DNA of 63,830 bases, filler included, from 4 parts of 4 records of this genome joined end to end with filler, not necessarily neighbours in it; one strand, 5' to 3'. Positions 21,301 through 35,328 are shown, counted from the whole stretch's first letter. Notes: generated by a model not told the origin, from the letters alone. A program made the numbers and translations.

Positions 21301-23722
21301 CCTTGTGACGATCCAATTCTACCATAGTGCAGGCGGCGACACCGATCTCGCTGTGTACCTTGATAAAGTTAGTCTGACGCTCAGCGATCAGATTCTTCTG
21401 GACGGCAACTTTGAGGGCCTCAATACTGCCGTGACCTACGCATACACCAGCTACTTGGGTGCGTGGTCAGGGTCTGGAATTATTGTTGCTTCACAGTCCT
21501 CAGCTTGGGGTGGACTCGCGGCTCCGAGTGGAAACTACTTTTTTGCAGAGCAAGGCGAAGGGTGGCTCACACAGTCAGTGCCCACGACGGCTGGGGCCAC
21601 ATACGTGCTTACTTTCTACGCTGCAGCACGCCCTGGATACGGAATGGAGACTTTAAACGTGTACATCGACTCAGCTGTAGCTCACGTTCTTGAGCTGGTG
21701 GACAAGGACGACTCGGGTGTCATCGGCTTCCAGCGGTTCAAACTAAATTTCCGCACGACCAAGTCACTCACAAAGATTGACTTCCACCACCGCGTCCAAG
21801 CCGGTGATCTAAGCCTCTTTCTGGACGCAATCAGCGTGTCTCCGACCGCTGATCTTGCGCTGGATGGCTCGCTCGAGGGTGTCACAGTTGACACGGCCTT
21901 TGAAGAGCTGAGCAACCCAGGTGCATGGCGAGGAAGTGTGACCGCCGTGCGCACGGGGAACGACGATTGGGGTGGCATCCTTACTCCGGCTGGAAACTAC
22001 TATGGTGTGCTGATGGCTGCGTCTAAGCTCACCCAGTCGATACCGACCACAAAAGGAAGCTCTTACGAAATATCTTTTATCGCGTCTTGCCGTCCCGACT
22101 ACGGCATGGAAAAAATGTTCGTCATTATCAATGGTTTGACTGTTTACACGCTGGTTGTGGAGGATGACACAACATGGGCAACTCACAAGCTGAACTTCGT
22201 TGCGGAGGGGTCAACTGCAATAATTTCCTTGTACCACGGCCCCAGTGCGACTGGCTCCACCAACACAGCTGTGTTTTTCGATGCCTTTGAGGTCTCGCCA
22301 ACACCGGATATAGTTGTCGACGGCGGTTTCGAGGGCATTTCTACAACCACTGACTACGAATACACTGATGATTATCTTGACATGTGGATGGGTTCTGGCG
22401 TAATTATTTACTCCGGCAACACACTTTGGGGCGGGCTGGAAGCTCCCGAAGGGAATTACTATGTCGGGCGACAGGGCTCCGGTGTCATCCAGCAGAATCT
22501 CACAACTGTTCCGGGCCAGCACTACGAATTGTCCTTCCACACCACCGCGCGTCCAAATTTTGGTGCAGACATCTTACACGTTGATGTACAGGGTGCACGC
22601 GTGTACCAGCTGAAACTAGAGGACACCGGAAGCTTTGCACAGCACACACTGAATTATCAAGCAAAAGAGGCTTTGACACTGGTTTCTTTCGAACATGTTA
22701 TCCAGGAGGACCAGAATTTGACGGTTTTGCTTGACGGAATTGTTGCATCACCAACGGAAGATATTGTCATTGACGGATCTTTTGAAGGACTTGCCTTGAC
22801 GACCAGTCACCGGAACGTGTCCTCCGACGAGGGAGAGGTTGGAAGTTGGGAGGGATCGGGGATGATTGTGCGGTCTGGGAACGCATTTTTTGGTGGTATC
22901 AAGGCCACCTTAGGTGACTACTTTTTCGCGCTTCCCTCTGGGACTCGGATCTCCCAGACATTGCAGACCACGATTGGCAAGCATTACACGGTCTCGTTTA
23001 AAGCAGCACCGCGTCCAGATCACGGTGCGGAGCCACTGACAGTGCAGATCCGGAATTCCATTGTTTACGTATTGGAATTACAAGATGATGCTGAATTTGC
23101 CACGCACTCTCTCAACTTTTACGCCAACACAACAACAACAGAAATGGTATTTTCCCACGACGAGTCCGACGCTCAGCTCGCCATTCTTCTAGACGAAATT
23201 ACCATCTCTGAGTCCAAGAATTTGGTAATCGACGGATCTTTCGAGGGGTTGTCGACAACTCTCAGCTATGAGTACATGCCTGAAGGCTCTGTTGGTGCTT
23301 GGGTTGATTCAGGTACCAGCACCCAGCATGTCGTTGTAGCTTCCAAAAACGGTGCATGGGGGGGGCTTGCAGCGCCTATTGGAGACTACTACTTGGTTTT
23401 GCAGCGAAACACCGACATTACACAGACATTCCGTACCGAAAAGGGCGCTTTTTATGTTCTATCCTTCTATGTCGCTTCAAGGCCAAATTATGGCATGGAC
23501 ACCTTGAACATTGCAATCGATGGCGTTTCCACGTACTCGGTCGTGGGCGCCGACGGAGTTTTCGAAAAAATGAGCTATTTGTTTGTCGCAGCGTCTGAGG
23601 TGGTGGAAATTGGTTTTATGCACCTTGTGCCCTCCGGCGATAAGTCCGTTTTCCTGGACGGCATCACACTCGTGCAGTACAACGAAGCTGCCGCGACAGA
23701 AGATCATGAACTTGCATGCTAA
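15311..23722 (+). CDS. 2803-aa secreted cysteine-rich mosaic protein (LNR x2, somatomedin-B x8, GCxD/CGVCGG repeats, Pro/His-rich linkers, DUF642/CBM-like x6)
   Basis: Uninterrupted 8.4-kb ORF; signal peptide [28 protein letters not shown]...FDGGDC; SMB CxCDxxCxxxxDCCDD; six DG(S/N/G)(F/L)EG-initiated domains; AATAAA at 23763. Confidence 0.93.
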   Translation: MVLMSLRVVLLVASLALPCNGRQTVSVVRSPNGRGDFAYAASDNSQSAFSNKLADCQGHAVLGSGSDRVGDGFCDDGSYGSHDFACAKFSFDGGDCGVITGIVDSPDADEPEADGEHKAEGGERIAATGSAATSRTGAETCQGSDCSGQSAGNCWCEATCLAFGDCCKDFSRFCSDAIDDQLQQRRLDATNPSCDGLCGGMDVAGQCYCGADCRGYGDCCDDFEDLCGNLTTAYPVGDEGTQRPICSGCSGCCGLGYMAENADGSSCSCDLNCAVYDTCCDDFMDECGAYTVEPIVKCYDCDGTSCIGHERFVGDGVCDDATTTLNFNCQEYSYDGGDCALENRTFGGSCKGECGQLISYFDARRRQLFTPPSTDSCDGLCGKYTESCHCTLDCVDYEDCCDDYEALCATRNPAPGGNWHELPEERHCWCDQSCVSNADCCDDYLAECDAAEGMAFSCDNACGEKRSSGCWCDKICVENNDCCDDYEDYCGCGEYSYEPCAGCTDEKSACNFDPTATVDDGSCTYQVEGFNCAGECLTRVDCEGVCGGPKFLDECGDCVLPKDRGQSADCAGICGGTTKYDACGICGGTKSASQCACPTAGQVRDCAGACNGVKTLNVCGICTSRSNRFSHIDCFGVCFGSGVEDECGVCNGDGTSCQTGFCEEGRVTDCAGVCDGTLVKDNCGICGGNGATRDCAGVCTGPLLEDECGICGGNGTLCRGCTDISACNFWLHATIDDDSCTYPASSLHDCFGKCNTDTDCFGECGGSAVLDECGVCNGFGATCTTPFCQGGKVDCWGECNGGVIEDVCGVCGGDSSVCQGCMDSTACNYNPSAMVPPPVYQSIRNGLDDNGCSFPPDDKFDCFGVCLQEIDCKGICGGPYVLDDCQVCGLNSGSGATCCAYDYALFEGVSERRQLLNDRRMLAPSPHRNPSPLHVNPAPTQNHNVPAPLSSPSPHHPAPSSYESCVGYCGTMVPGGLCFCDAQCAEYADCCLDIADVCGDTFPVPAPGVHPVPGPYHAPSPGSHPTDPNHNHTGVPAPLNNPAPSPGETHVDHPAPGSNHTGPSPFANVPAPSKIYSCEDQCLRTEPIHGPVGNTHGPCYCDKTCTSYQDCCDDFFDFCAPSCINEFCADGVVDCSGACNGVLTFDECLVCGGDGSTCTGGDDRWWCPEGYDCFGICGGNAAIDECNVCGGFGSTCMFPKDTDSDGLFNGEPYCFTGIRDCAGDCEGNLKVDECFICGGDSSSCTGCLKTAACNYDPQATISSSQCVFPPSSTTNCFGYCDGNFDCLGVCAGTKVTDICGVCGGNGASCRKPATTAFCPTSTVDCFGKCKGTAVLDACGVCGGDSDTCKGCTDTSACNYNELASISDTSCEYFVDAPGTNYDNCLGKCAVGFDCKGDCGGSVKYDICGVCGGEAFDVGCDGVCFSGKSADSCGVCGGFGETCVPGYCSGGYSADCFGECGGTAELDLCGVCNGFNKLRDCNGVCFGSSYLDACGICGGDSAECTGCGDYNACNFDLNAVISDDATCLYQVDENFDCWGNCQVSIDCTGLCNGKNELDACGVCGGDSSTCVGCLDSTACNYDQTAVIPKLSLCFYETTLMSCTGVCKHDVDCGGNCDGYLSLDACGVCNGDSSSCIGCTNPAACNYDALASLDDDSCTYSTFCAGHCLVDVDCLGECDGSMVVDECGVCAGFGASCSESEFCAGGSVDCRGECNGGRVVDACGVCEGDTSTCVGCNDEDACNFKESATLGAPTLCTYPVSDNMDCFGNCAVGYDCKGYCGGSSVVDVCGVCGGFGASCTKDYCKGGRIDCAGECAGGRTIDSCGVCGGDDESCTVLDFCEYGIVDCFGYCHCPFQTDDPQTCARPILDLPPPDVCSLFNDGSFEGLSSTKTTEIVTDVGSWSAAGTTYVSASKGVYWGGVAATDGGYFLVLNGDAILNQTAHATHWNYYLLSFDAAARPDLGMGTLYINVDGVKIYETKIPDIGEMQSHSILFQAESDLVTIQFYHSAGGDTDLAVYLDKVSLTLSDQILLDGNFEGLNTAVTYAYTSYLGAWSGSGIIVASQSSAWGGLAAPSGNYFFAEQGEGWLTQSVPTTAGATYVLTFYAAARPGYGMETLNVYIDSAVAHVLELVDKDDSGVIGFQRFKLNFRTTKSLTKIDFHHRVQAGDLSLFLDAISVSPTADLALDGSLEGVTVDTAFEELSNPGAWRGSVTAVRTGNDDWGGILTPAGNYYGVLMAASKLTQSIPTTKGSSYEISFIASCRPDYGMEKMFVIINGLTVYTLVVEDDTTWATHKLNFVAEGSTAIISLYHGPSATGSTNTAVFFDAFEVSPTPDIVVDGGFEGISTTTDYEYTDDYLDMWMGSGVIIYSGNTLWGGLEAPEGNYYVGRQGSGVIQQNLTTVPGQHYELSFHTTARPNFGADILHVDVQGARVYQLKLEDTGSFAQHTLNYQAKEALTLVSFEHVIQEDQNLTVLLDGIVASPTEDIVIDGSFEGLALTTSHRNVSSDEGEVGSWEGSGMIVRSGNAFFGGIKATLGDYFFALPSGTRISQTLQTTIGKHYTVSFKAAPRPDHGAEPLTVQIRNSIVYVLELQDDAEFATHSLNFYANTTTTEMVFSHDESDAQLAILLDEITISESKNLVIDGSFEGLSTTLSYEYMPEGSVGAWVDSGTSTQHVVVASKNGAWGGLAAPIGDYYLVLQRNTDITQTFRTEKGAFYVLSFYVASRPNYGMDTLNIAIDGVSTYSVVGADGVFEKMSYLFVAASEVVEIGFMHLVPSGDKSVFLDGITLVQYNEAAATEDHELAC

Positions 23723-23762
23723 ATTAGGAGTAGCTCTGAACTCAATAATATTATTCTATTCA

Positions 23763-23768
23763 AATAAA
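23763..23768 (+). promoter_or_regulatory. Putative polyadenylation signal
   Basis: AATAAA about 40 nt after the stop of the giant ORF, in an AT-rich patch. Confidence 0.5.
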
Positions 23769-24284
23769 GTCATGTGCACCTGTCGTCACACTGTCGTCAC
23801 ACTGCATACAAGGGAGGGATTCGTCGGACAGAAGCATGCATGCATTTCATGACAAGTTGAAGTGGCATCGTCGCCTTTTATTTTATGTTTTGCAAGCATG
23901 CCTTGCGGATTGCTCTGTGTGACCCTGTATATCAGCAATAGTGCGCACTTCACTGGCGCAAGGACTATTTCACCGTGTCGTTGCCGATGCCGAAATCGGC
24001 ATACTCGAGCAAAACGCATAGCATTTGCACAACTTCGAGTCACGTTTGCTTCACTGAATGTTGGCCAGGCGGTTTTGTTGCGCTTTAAGAAGCATGGAGT
24101 TCAATCTGTCTTGAGCGGAAACGGCGCGAGGCTGCTGGCCGTCAACGGTTTTGCTCGCGCTCTTCACCTGGACGCAATGGGTTTCAAACAGATAATGTCA
24201 CTGAACAGGGCTCAGCTCTCAGCGACGGTCAAGTGCATGCAGCGGGGCTTGGCATGATATCCAAAAAAAACAACATGTCCACAT

Positions 24285-27200
24285 TCATTCAACCTGCTGA
24301 ATGTGGTGCAGATTCGATACTTGGCCAGGCGGGCGCCTTCGAGGATACGCAGAGGATGCCAAACGAACAGCACCATCTGGGCCTGGTTGCTGCGCTTCAC
24401 GACCGTTCAAGGAAAAATACTGAGGCGTGTCAACTGTTCGAGAACCATGTGATTGGCGCTTGCCGCCAACTACTCTTTTCGATCCTCGGGTCGTAAGGTT
24501 CTGTTGAATGCTCGTTCGCCCGCCAAAGTTGTGTGTTTTCGGAGATGGCCGAAAAGAAACACTTTCTGTTGTGGGCACACCGCGAAGAGTGCCTTTCAGA
24601 CGTCCAGAGGACTGGCGGCTGTTGGCGCCAGGGCCATTGTTATTGGGCTTGTTGGATGACGGGCGATGTGGTGGTAACTTTGTGGATGAACCGCTCGCGG
24701 TGCGAGGCCGAGTGCGTTGACCTGTCGAACTAGCACTTCGCCCTAAACTGGAAGCGCTGCTTGGCCGTTGCCCGTCGGGAGTGTGTTGCCGACTTCGGGT
24801 TGCAGTGTGGGCAGAGCGGGATGGCGCTGTCATTGAATCGCTCGGACCCATTCTGTGGCCGGCCAGCTTGCCACTCAGCATCGACGATGATGCGATATTG
24901 GCGTCGTCCGCTATCACTAAACCTCGAGCTTCAGCACCTTTAATGATACGCACTAAACTCTCAAGCTCCTTCTTTAGCTGCGTGTTTTCGTCAAGCAGAG
25001 TGTTGTTTTCGTCAGCCTGCTGCTTCAGCAGAGTTTCTTTGCGTTTCAGTTGTGTCTGAAGGGAGTGGAATCTGAGGACGAGAACCGATACACAAAAACG
25101 CCTGACTACGGGATCCAAATGTTCCAAGGGCAGCAAGTGCAATCACAAACGACAAATGCAGCAGTCACGCGACGCACTGTTGAAGTTTCAGCGTCCGCTG
25201 TGCGTCTGCGGCACGGGTTTTTTTGAGCTGTTGACTGGACTCAATTGCGGACTGCAGATCCCGCTTCGCTTTTGAACCCATGGGCTTTGTGATGGGAATA
25301 CTTGCTTCGCCCGCATCGTTGTTGCCGCCAGTGGTAGTTACACCGTTGCGGTGCGTCCCTGCTTTTGGTATCCGATCTTGAATAGCATGATTTGCTTGAT
25401 CTGCACCTTGTTTACCTCCAGAGATACTGTCGGTCGTGTGACTGGCGGAGCTGCCCGGGCGGCTATCGTCTGCAGTCAGACTTCCACCCACAAGAAGATC
25501 ACTCTCCTGCTGCCGTTGCAACTTCCGCGCAATAGCCTTTGCTGCGTTGGCTTTGCTCCTTGCTGATGCAGCGTTCTCAGTGTTCACAGCACTGAGTCCA
25601 CGCCCATGCGCAACATCAAAAACTTCTTCGTATCTGCAACAGCGTTTGGTGCAAATCGTTAAGCGTGCATGCAAAATCAACTGAAAATGCAAGGAATGAT
25701 GCTGCTTAATATGGCGTACAGAGATGCCAAGCGTGCGCGCGCAGTGGTGGGCTTTGTTGTATGTAGGCTTCGAAGAATACTTTCCAGTTCTTGTTCAAGG
25801 CGGACCGCAAAACTGTGGCCAGCAGCGGCCTAGTGATTGGAAGGCAACACGCGATGAGACCAAGGCCACACCGTATCATACTGAGCGCACTTGCACAGGG
25901 CGCAGGTGACTATTTGGGGCACGTACAAGGGCTGCAGATTTTTTAGCGTTGCCTCGCAACGTCTGCAAATCGATCTTCATTCTTGATCGCGCTTCTCGAA
26001 CGGACTCTTCGCCTGCTTGGACTTTTGCGTGAGCAGACTCAATTTCGAGCACTGTAGCAGCAACGTCTTCTTGAAGCTTTGCGATCTGTCGGTCTTTTTC
26101 TTGTAGTTGCACCTCGCGCATTTGCTGATCCTTGATTCGGAATTCCTCGAGCTGAGGGAACAACAATGCATGACTAAGATTAGCTGGTAACCAATGGCAA
26201 ATGGGGCGAACACATGCACGTGAACTGTGCCAAACGAATCAGGCAGCCCGACACAGAACCACATCCGACACGCTGTGGGATTTACGGACTTTCACAAGTT
26301 GTCTGGCTTGTTTGCGACACTTTTGCTCGAGTTTTTCGCGCTCGGCAGCAGCACGAGGATTTTCTGACATGGATGCCAGTGAAGTGCCAGATCTACCGCT
26401 TGGGCTCCCCAGTTTTCCTAGCATGTTGCGCAAGGTGCGCGCATCTCCAGAAGGGCTTCGTGGCAGCGTCAAGCTGAGCGAGCTGTAGCCCTCACTCCCT
26501 TGCGCAGCCTGCAAAGCAGATGGCGAGGATTGATTTGTAAAGCTCGCAGTAGATTCGTCCGTCGCACCACTGGACCTTGTTGGTGTTGAAGCAGGACTAG
26601 CGTATCGTTGGAGTTTGCTGTGCCCATGCGACGCAGCTCGATTTCTTGGAGTGGTGCTTGCTTTGGGTTTGCTGTTCAGTGCCTGTGGTGCAAGGCCGCG
26701 TTGAAAACATTGAAACTAGCATGAGGAAGAAAAGTCCAGCTTGCCAGACAAAAAATGAACTTGTTGGTTCCAAACGCGCCTGTTGCAACTCATCGAGGTC
26801 GGCTTGAGTTGTCCTGTACACGCCGGCAACTTTACCGTTGCTGTTCACGGAGTGGGTATCTTCGTCGTTTTCTGCCTGCTTGAATGCAAAGAGAGCAAGC
26901 ACAGTTCCAAAAACGAAATTAGGCAAGGCAAGTATGCACAATGTCCCACGACTGCCGCGACCAGGGCAATAGTCAACCGACATACGTCTTGCGCTAGAGA
27001 GTTCTTGATGTGTCGATGCAAGATGCGCCCCATCTCTGCAGTTTTATGCTTCAAGTTTTGCTCAGCAGCCTTCAGAGCTTTGTGCGATTCCTCTTTGGTG
27101 ACCCTCAACTGTTCTTGAAGGGCTTTTTCACGCTTCTGGAGACGTTCAATCTCCTGATGCAAAGTTTCTTCGTACCTGCGCACCAATATTGCAGCATCTT

Positions 27201-30200
27201 CAGCAGAGGCACAACCTTATGGAGAGGCACGTGACAATGATGTGGCCCGATTTACACCACACACTGCTCACAACGAACATATGCCCAACTTCTTCCAGCT
27301 TAAGAGAAGTCTCTGCGCGATTTTCTGCAAGTGTCTGCTCCTTCGCTGACAGTTCAGTTGCCGCCTCAGCCTGGCCGCAAACAATGAATCGAATACGCAT
27401 TAATATCTCGCAACGTTGATACGAGATGCACGAGACTCACAATGCCCGAGAATAGCAAAAATACTTCACAGTCACCTTCGAGGCCTTGATTTCTTCTTCA
27501 TATTCGACAGCTTGATCATCTTTTGAAATCTCCAAGTCTTCCACTTGTGCACGAAGGGAATTCACTTCTTGCCGTAGTTGGAAATTGACGTTTTCAAGCT
27601 GATTCTGGGCCTATCAACGAAACGAGGGCAACGCACTTAAACGGCGAGCACGTCTCAAAATTGTTATCAATGAAAGCGGCGTTGCTTGCTACCGTTGTTT
27701 CTCAATCAGAAAGGCCAAACGCACGTGATGGTGGGCACTCTCTAGGCGCTGCTTCGTCGCAATATTGTCCTCCTGGGCATCCTCAAGTTTCTGTTGAAGT
27801 GTCCTTACTTGACGCGTGTAATTGTCGAGCACCGCCTCCAATTCAGCCTAGTGTAGCACGCAAGACATGCATTCTTTTAGGATGGTCATCTATTGGATTT
27901 GCAACATGGTGCATTGAATGTAACTGCTCACTTTGTGTTTGCCAGCCAGTGCTGTTGCTTCAGCGTTGTAAATTTCTTCAAGCGCCTTTCGCTCAAAGCG
28001 CGCATGCATTTCAACTGTCTCAATCTAGTCAAAGTGGCATCCGCGTCAGTGTGCGACTCATTCTTGTTGAAGTCTAATTAGCATGACCCTCACAAGGACG
28101 CATGCCGCAAATATTCACCTTCAATTGAAGCTTCAAAATGTGATTCCGCAACTGGACGATAGTATCACGGTTAAAAAGGCAAAACTTTTGAAACTCTTTC
28201 CAGGCCGTGTGAATCCGCCTGAACGATTCAAACAGGGATTTTCGACACAATAGCCGAGCGACAACAAATTACAAAACGAGATTCTCCACGAACGCGCGTC
28301 GATGTAAAACTTGTCAGCAACTTGACATGGAACGTACTCTTCTTTGCTTGTTTTCCGGGTGCCGCCAAGTGCCATGAGTTCCTGGCTGGGATTTCCCGCG
28401 GTCGTCCGCGGAGTAGCTGATGCATGCTTACTACGAGAAGTGGTTTTCTTGGCGTCTTCATCCAAAGATAAGAGCTGAGTCCGCCGAGCGTCCAAATCTC
28501 GCTGCTTTCCCACAAAGCATTGGAACGTGAAGCCGGTACGAGTTGTTGCAAATACGTCGAAGCCACCTTGGCCGAATATGCCTTTTGCGGTGGCGCAAAG
28601 ACACTGTATGGGGCTTGGACCCAAAATAAGAGTTGAAAACGGATAAATTGTCTGCAATCCATCATTGTAGGGACCTGCATGCAGAGTGAGAGTTCATTGT
28701 GTCAGCGGTAGCTTAAAAACATCGGTGTACAACTCAAAACACAGCCACCAACGCAGCCCGAGTCACTTTCCAGGAAGCTCGGCAGGGCGCTTCGTTCCTC
28801 TTCCATGCGATGAAACTGGCCGAGAGGACGACCCATTTTCGTCCACCTGAGCAATCGTTAGATTTGCAGACGGAACAAAATTAAAAAAATTACAAGTCAG
28901 TGCTGCCTTTTGAGATGCTGCTATTTGCGAATAGGCAACAACCAACCACGGGTCGTATTTATAGAAAATGATGGAGCAAATGCATGAATCTGTCCTACCT
29001 CCAAAGGTGCCGCACTGGACCTTGCGCGGTAAGCTATGGAGACCGGCATTGTGTCAGGCCAAGAGAACAATTCGATGGAACCCTGCACAGTTCCTACGAC
29101 AAGACAGTGCTTTCGCGCAATTAGCTGTGTTACTTGACGGTGCCCACCAACGCGGAACATGCGAATCTTTGTGCGCATTGCTTTCGGCTTTTCGTCGGCA
29201 ACGGGAACTGCTGGACGTTTTCCATCATTATCAATCGAGCTAAACACTGCGTCGAACGGATTCTTGTTGCTTGATTCTGCATCTCCGGCACTTTGCGTAC
29301 TTTTGGACAACTTTGGAGGGGGAGGAACCGGGTGTACGCCGACAAGCTTAATCCATGAAATAATGGAACTATGCCCGTCGTTACGGATTGAGGGATGGAC
29401 ATTCCCTTCACCAAACGCTTGTCCTAACCACAGTTTACGATTATTAGCGGCGATAACGGCCGCGCAGTGTGCAGCCAAACTCAATAACGAGGAGCGTTTA
29501 ACATAGCTGACAGACTGCAAACCACAAATACCTGAGACACTGTGGTGTGCGTTCTGGTCGCTTGGCAGCTCCCCTACACCTTCTGAGTTAGTGCGCGGCA
29601 ACCGACCAACCATTAATCCATCTCCAGTGTCCGTCGCTACCCCAACTCCGACTAGAGAACTTCCAGCTGCTGGAGCGCCAAAACCCGGCGCCGACGATGT
29701 TGCTGCGCGGCGATGGTTTAAAGTGTCCGCTTCACCTGGGTCGGTTTGTTCATAGTCGCTGTGGCCAGCCGCTGCAGAAGCAGCTGCCATTGCGAGTCCA
29801 GGGTTCAAAAGCGCGCGCGGTGTGTAGTCGTCGTTGACGAGACACACATCATTGTACGAGATACTAGCACAAGTGTAAGTAGCGATGTTCAGCGCTGCGA
29901 GAGCCTGAACATGTTGAGCAGGCGCAGCAATTCCAATAAATGTCGATACAAGTCGGGCGTGTCAAAAAAACATTCATTCATTTTCTTAAGACCGACACAC
30001 CTGCATTTGGGCTTTAAAACCGACGCCGCGGAATGCAACATTAGCAGCCTGGCGTTGCTGCGCAGACGCTGGCCGATTTTTTGAAGAAGCAGAGCGTGTC
30101 CATCGTTGGCTGCTGTGCCGACTAGCCGAGTCACCATCATTCTGCTCATCTGTGTCAAAAACGGCTTGGATATTGCCCGACGTGCCAGCGCGACGAAACG

Positions 30201-33200
30201 CCTTTGTGGAAGTCAAAAGGATCATTTGGGACGTATTGAAGAGATCCAAACTCTTGAGCTTGAGTTGGTCCAGGACCTTGATGGTTTTAGGGTTGCTTGC
30301 CAACCATACCACTGCGCGCCCCGCGTCAGTTGCGTAGTCATCCAACAACTCTCTGACTGATGCAAGAGTGGCGGCCGCAGCGGCCGCCGCAGCAGCAACA
30401 GGCCCGGCCAAGCCACCACTGCTGACTCGTCGTGACAGCAAGCGTGGAATGGCTTTTTCCTGGGCTTCTTCACTCGCAGGGGACCTGTCCGTGGTTAGAT
30501 GTCTGCATCGGCACCAAGGGCAGTTAGTATGGAGCAGATTCATTTTCGGCTCACAGGCATTTTGTCGGGCAGGCATCAGGTGTTGACTGTTGACTTGTAC
30601 GTACAAAAGAGGGTTCGTTTCGACTGCAACCAGTGCGCAGTCGTTAAGACCCCAAGCTAATTGGGCACAACGCAAATCAAATGAAATGACCAGTGAAGGA
30701 CGGGAGCACCCGAAGGCAGCCCAAGTTTCGTACACTTTCACCGTGTCATACCTTAGAAGTCAGACACGAAACATTCACCACAATAACAATGGCAGCGACA
30801 ATGGTGTTTTTCATGATATTGTAATGTGTTGCAGCCACAGAAAGCCACAGACATTCGACGTACGAAGCACTACACCACATCTGCCCGCCTTCACTAAAAG
30901 CGACCTGGATGTAGAAAAACATCTTTGCTCCCTCACTGTGAAGGTCAAGAGGCGCATTGTCGGCACGAGCCTTGTCCGATGGCTTGGTTGGGTTCTGCGC
31001 AGGATTAGCCTTTGATGATGCCTCGTTGGCTGAAGCTTTGTCGGACATTGCGGCTTCGGCAATTGCAGCTTGTCTCTCGACCTACGAATCCAAACCCAAA
31101 TGCTTTGAGGCTATTGCAAAATGCTCCAGTGCCTGAGTGATGCGTTTTCACGAAAAATGTACCTCAGCAACCAGTGTTTTTGGCGTACTGTCAACCTCAT
31201 AAAGGAGTGTCAAGTTGTCTGCCAAAACGGTGTACACCCGCGACAGAATCTTGATGCCTTGTCGGCAGCCCATGACCACCTGCAAACCACTTGGATGGAC
31301 CGCAAGACTGCGAACTGATATGGGTTCCGTGCCTTCCCTAAATGGGTCATCGTCAACAACAGTTGTTGCTACCGAGTCAAGTGCTCCTGCAAAGCACATC
31401 CATTTCCAAGTGCACCCATGTCCACAACATAAACGTGCAATAATGTCAGCGTGTACGCTTCGTCCATTGCCGAGCACACACTCGAGTTGTCGAATTATGA
31501 TTTTCGAAACCAAACTCACCACTGCTGGCAGCTCCTGTGCTTTGCAGAGTATCGCCGTAGCTGGTCGGCTCGTGGCTGGATGGCATCGACAATCGTACTG
31601 CTGGGCGGTAAGAAATTGGACGCTCACCTGTAAGATAATCCCACAAACGAACTGGGCAATTGTCGTCAACAGCAAGTTGATTGCGCTGAAGTGCAGATGT
31701 GGGGGACCCTGCGTGTTTCGGTGCGTCGGCAGTGCCTGTGCTATCGCGGCTGGCATTCCGTTGGTGTTGGCCGATGCTGATTGCCCCGCCAATGGGTTTG
31801 ATTAAATGCGTGGGATGCACGTTCAAAATACAACAACAAGGGTAATATACGCATAATCAACGCACCACGTCACTACTCACGGCCAAGATCTGAGAAGGTT
31901 CACATTCATTGTTTCGAATTGACTTACTTTCCAAAATCAAAATTTTCCAAGTCATCGTCATCGAGAACATCCACAGTCTCTCCATCTGGTGGTTCGAGGG
32001 ACAGTGTCACAACGTACCTATAAGGAAGGCGCAACCGAAAATAAAATCGTTTGATAAACAAGAAAGGGAAACAAGTTTGCAGCGTGCAAAGAGAGTGAAG
32101 CAGACGGTGCATTTCGCACATACGGAGCAGTTTTTGCCAGTGAAGCGCCTTGCAAGCTGCCGGACGTCCACGAGTCGGCACCAAAAACCGAACGCCGCCC
32201 GAGCCGATGCTCAAAGCGAGGGGCAACATAGCTGCTTCGCGTAACCGATAACCCTTTGCTGCGCATTTGTTTATCCTTTTCAGGGGACTGAGCCACCCGA
32301 AGTAACTTTGCTACACGCTGTTCCGTATGAAGCAGCAGCATCGTCTTATCGGGCGACAATTGTAGAAAGGTCAGCGGCGACCGCGGCAATCGCAGATCTG
32401 GCGCGAAGCGCGAATTGAAGACGCACGCCACCCGTAGCAGTTGGCCAACCCCAATGTAGCAAGAGCAGTGAAAAAAGGGTCCCTCTTCTCGGGCGTCGCC
32501 CTGCTGAAACAGTCGTTGGCGAGGCATATGGGCATTTTTGTCGCTCGATCCTGCAATTGCAAGGCCGCGCGGAACGATATGCCATGCATGAAAGCAAGAA
32601 GAAACATGGCGGACAGTCGAGCTGTTGTGCCCAAGGCTGAGTGCAAGAAGGAAACGAATGAGTCCTTAGACTACGCACCATCTTGCTTGGCCCCTGCTGA
32701 CGTCGATTGACCCGGGGCTGTGCCAGACTTGCTCACGGGCGCGGACAAGCTGGTGCTGGTGGCACAATCGGCATGGTCTCCATTCGCGACTTCTGCGGGA
32801 GAGCTTTTTTTAACAACAAACTTGAAGACTGCAAGAGTACCTTCAAACGCGGGCATGTACGTCCCTAAAAAATCCGAGAGAAAGCACCATACGAGCTCGA
32901 CAAACAGCGTGCAATTACCCGTACCCATTGTGCCATATATGGCCAAAACGTTGTCGGAAGAGGACATAAACTGAATTGCTTCGCACTCACAACTTCCAGA
33001 GTCCTTGCATTCGCTGCTAGGCGTGCCAGCACTGCCGACGCGAGGCAAAGCAGGCCCAGTTGTCCGACCCGACATGATTTTCACGGGTTGTTTGTGAGGC
33101 ACCATTCCTTTGACACCACCTTTGGTGGGAACGTGTGGTTTGAATGAAAAGGCATTCGGGAGCTCAAACACGATTTTCGGCTCTCCAGGTCCTGAGGTCA

Positions 33201-35228
33201 GAATCTGAACGATTGACGTTGCTAGTGTGGGAGTTTTTGACAAAGAATCTGCGCTATTTGGCCCTCTGTGGCTGTTCATGCTGAAACTAGGACCTCGAGG
33301 ACGAGTGGATTCAGCTACGCTTGCAGCATCCCCATCAGCAGGGTTGCTTCCGCCAGGCGGAGTTGAGTGGGCAATGGGTCCTTCGTCGGGGCTGCTGCTG
33401 TTTTCAGCTCTGGCTGTAGCATTTGCAACGAATGCTTGCGGCTTGCTTCCAGGCGCGGCAAACGATAACCAGCAGTGGGCTAAGGAATCCCGAACCTGAA
33501 CCAGCACAGACAACGGTGATTCAAACGCGTTGTCAGGATTGGGCTTTGTTTCTGCACACAGGCTCGAGTAAAGTCAGACGCCAGCCACGAAACACGCCTG
33601 CTCCAGTGGTCGCATGGAACTCAGACTGGCATGGGCCCGGGTCCAAAAGCGGAGCTGTGTTCGTGTTGAAGTGCACAAAGTTGGCCAGTTACTTGTGGCA
33701 TGCTTAAACGAAGCACTTGGGTGAAGAGTAAGATGTGAAATGCGACCTGGCATGCACAACGAAAGGATCGAACTCGGTCACTGAAAACGGCTGCAGGAGT
33801 ACACATTGCCGGGTTTCACGTTGAAACAAAGCTCCCACGAGAGGACATGCAAAGCGCAATGTACGAAAAAGAACAAATGATCTTACTCTTGCACCGCTCT
33901 GTTGCAACGGCAGGTTCCACTGTGGACCGCAAATTAATCTCGACAAGCACCAAACGCTGAAAAGGTTGACCTAACTTGCATGCGAAGAGTGTGCAGTCCT
34001 CTGACAAGCAACACAACTCGATGCATTCATGAACCTGCGGCAATCAAGTTCATCCAGTGCGCGAAGCCCAAAACTCAAGCAGATTGTGCCGACAGAACAT
34101 CAACATGTTTGTGCATTGTTGTTCAAAAGACATACCTGAGCTTGAATAGCTGCAGCAGCTCCTGCTGCTTGCTCGCGAGCTGCGTTGCGAGCTGCTTGCG
34201 CACGGATGCCTGCCGCTGAGCGTGGGGGCAATCCACCGGCAGCGTGAAATGACGGTGTTCTTTGGCTCTCTGCAAGTTCATCTTCGAGACAAATATCTTC
34301 AAGTGGAATTTCGATGCGCTTGACAGGCACAAATTGCAAATCCCCCGAACTTCCGGGTGAGCTGGCGCGCGTTGATTCGGTAGGCACTTTACCAGGCACC
34401 GCCTGCGGCTTCGAACTAGAGGCGTCTTTTTTTGACTCAATGTTTTTTTTAATGCGGGATCGTCCATCTCCCCCACCACCTCCACGGTGTAGTCGCGCTT
34501 TTTCTACGTTCAAAGACGGCGATGGGCCTCCAGCCCGGCCGGCACTACCATCGCTGGATTTCTGCTTCGATTTTTTCTTCGCCCGTGCCTTTTGTAGTTT
34601 GACCAGCCGCTCATTATTTCGAGTTGCTGCGTCGACGTCGTCGTCAAAGTCAGCACCGTCAGGAGCTGCCCCACCGAGGCCACCCGCTTCCACTCCAGCA
34701 TTTTCAGCCGTGACCTCAAGCCGAAACCTCGTCCCGCCCAACTTACCGACGAGTGGAGCAGCTTCACGCTTGCCAGCGACAATAGATGAATCTGCTGCCC
34801 GTCCAGCGTGCAGCACTTCGAGGTGCAGGACCGCAGATGCCCACCCACGCACATGCTTGTTTGTGGGCTGTTGTTTCACAATGATTTTGGCAAGGACGAT
34901 GATGCGGTTGCGGCTGTTGCAAACAATTCGCTGAACTGGGCACCGCGCCTCCAAATGGTTCGACACAATCGGGTGCACTGTTTCGAGCCCGGTGCCCACG
35001 TCGTACATTTTGAGCAAGTTGTCGTCCACACCGACGATGGTGTGGCTGTCGATGAAGCTGCACCGGGCAGTCGACGCCCTGCCGGGTGAAAAGTAGCGCG
35101 TCGTCCCGTCAGGGCCCACCCAGTGTCCAGAGATAGGCGGCGGAGCGAACCCGAGAGACTGCAGCGGGACGATTTTACGCCGCTGCTCGTCCTCGTGGCG
35201 TTGTTGTTGTTGTTGTTGCTGCTGCTGC
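24285..35228 (-). CDS. Multi-exon WD40 + coiled-coil protein, CFAP57/WDR65-like, 5'-truncated; exon structure only partly resolved
   Basis: Exons with GT-AG borders (e.g. GTATGT donor near 34135). Segments SLAVHPSGLQVVMGC...LADNLTLLYE, VAFSEGGQMW, AQLAWGLNDCALV, LVVGTVQGSIELFSWP occur in the same order as CFAP57 WD motifs, followed by heptad-rich exons (25000-28000). Confidence 0.6.
35200..35228 (-). repeat. (CAG)/(CAA)n trinucleotide repeat encoding polyQ at contig end
   Basis: gttgttgttgtt...gctgctgctgc; in frame on the minus strand with RHEDEQRRKIVPLQ. Confidence 0.85.
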
Positions 35229-35328
35229 NNNNNNNNNNNNNNNNNNNNNNNNNNNNNNNNNNNNNNNNNNNNTTAATTAATTAANNNNNNNNNNNNNNNN
35301 NNNNNNNNNNNNNNNNNNNNNNNNNNNN
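35229..35328. other. Artificial contig linker
   Basis: N44-TTAATTAATTAA-N44. Confidence 0.99.

Noticed and set aside
23696-23722. C-terminal EDHELAC as ER-retention or prenylation signal
   Set aside because: HEL is not terminal and Cys is last rather than at -4; fits neither HDEL nor CaaX
15342-23852. Dozens of overlapping alternative-frame and antisense ORFs
   Set aside because: Shadows of the long repetitive ORF; no independent domain signal
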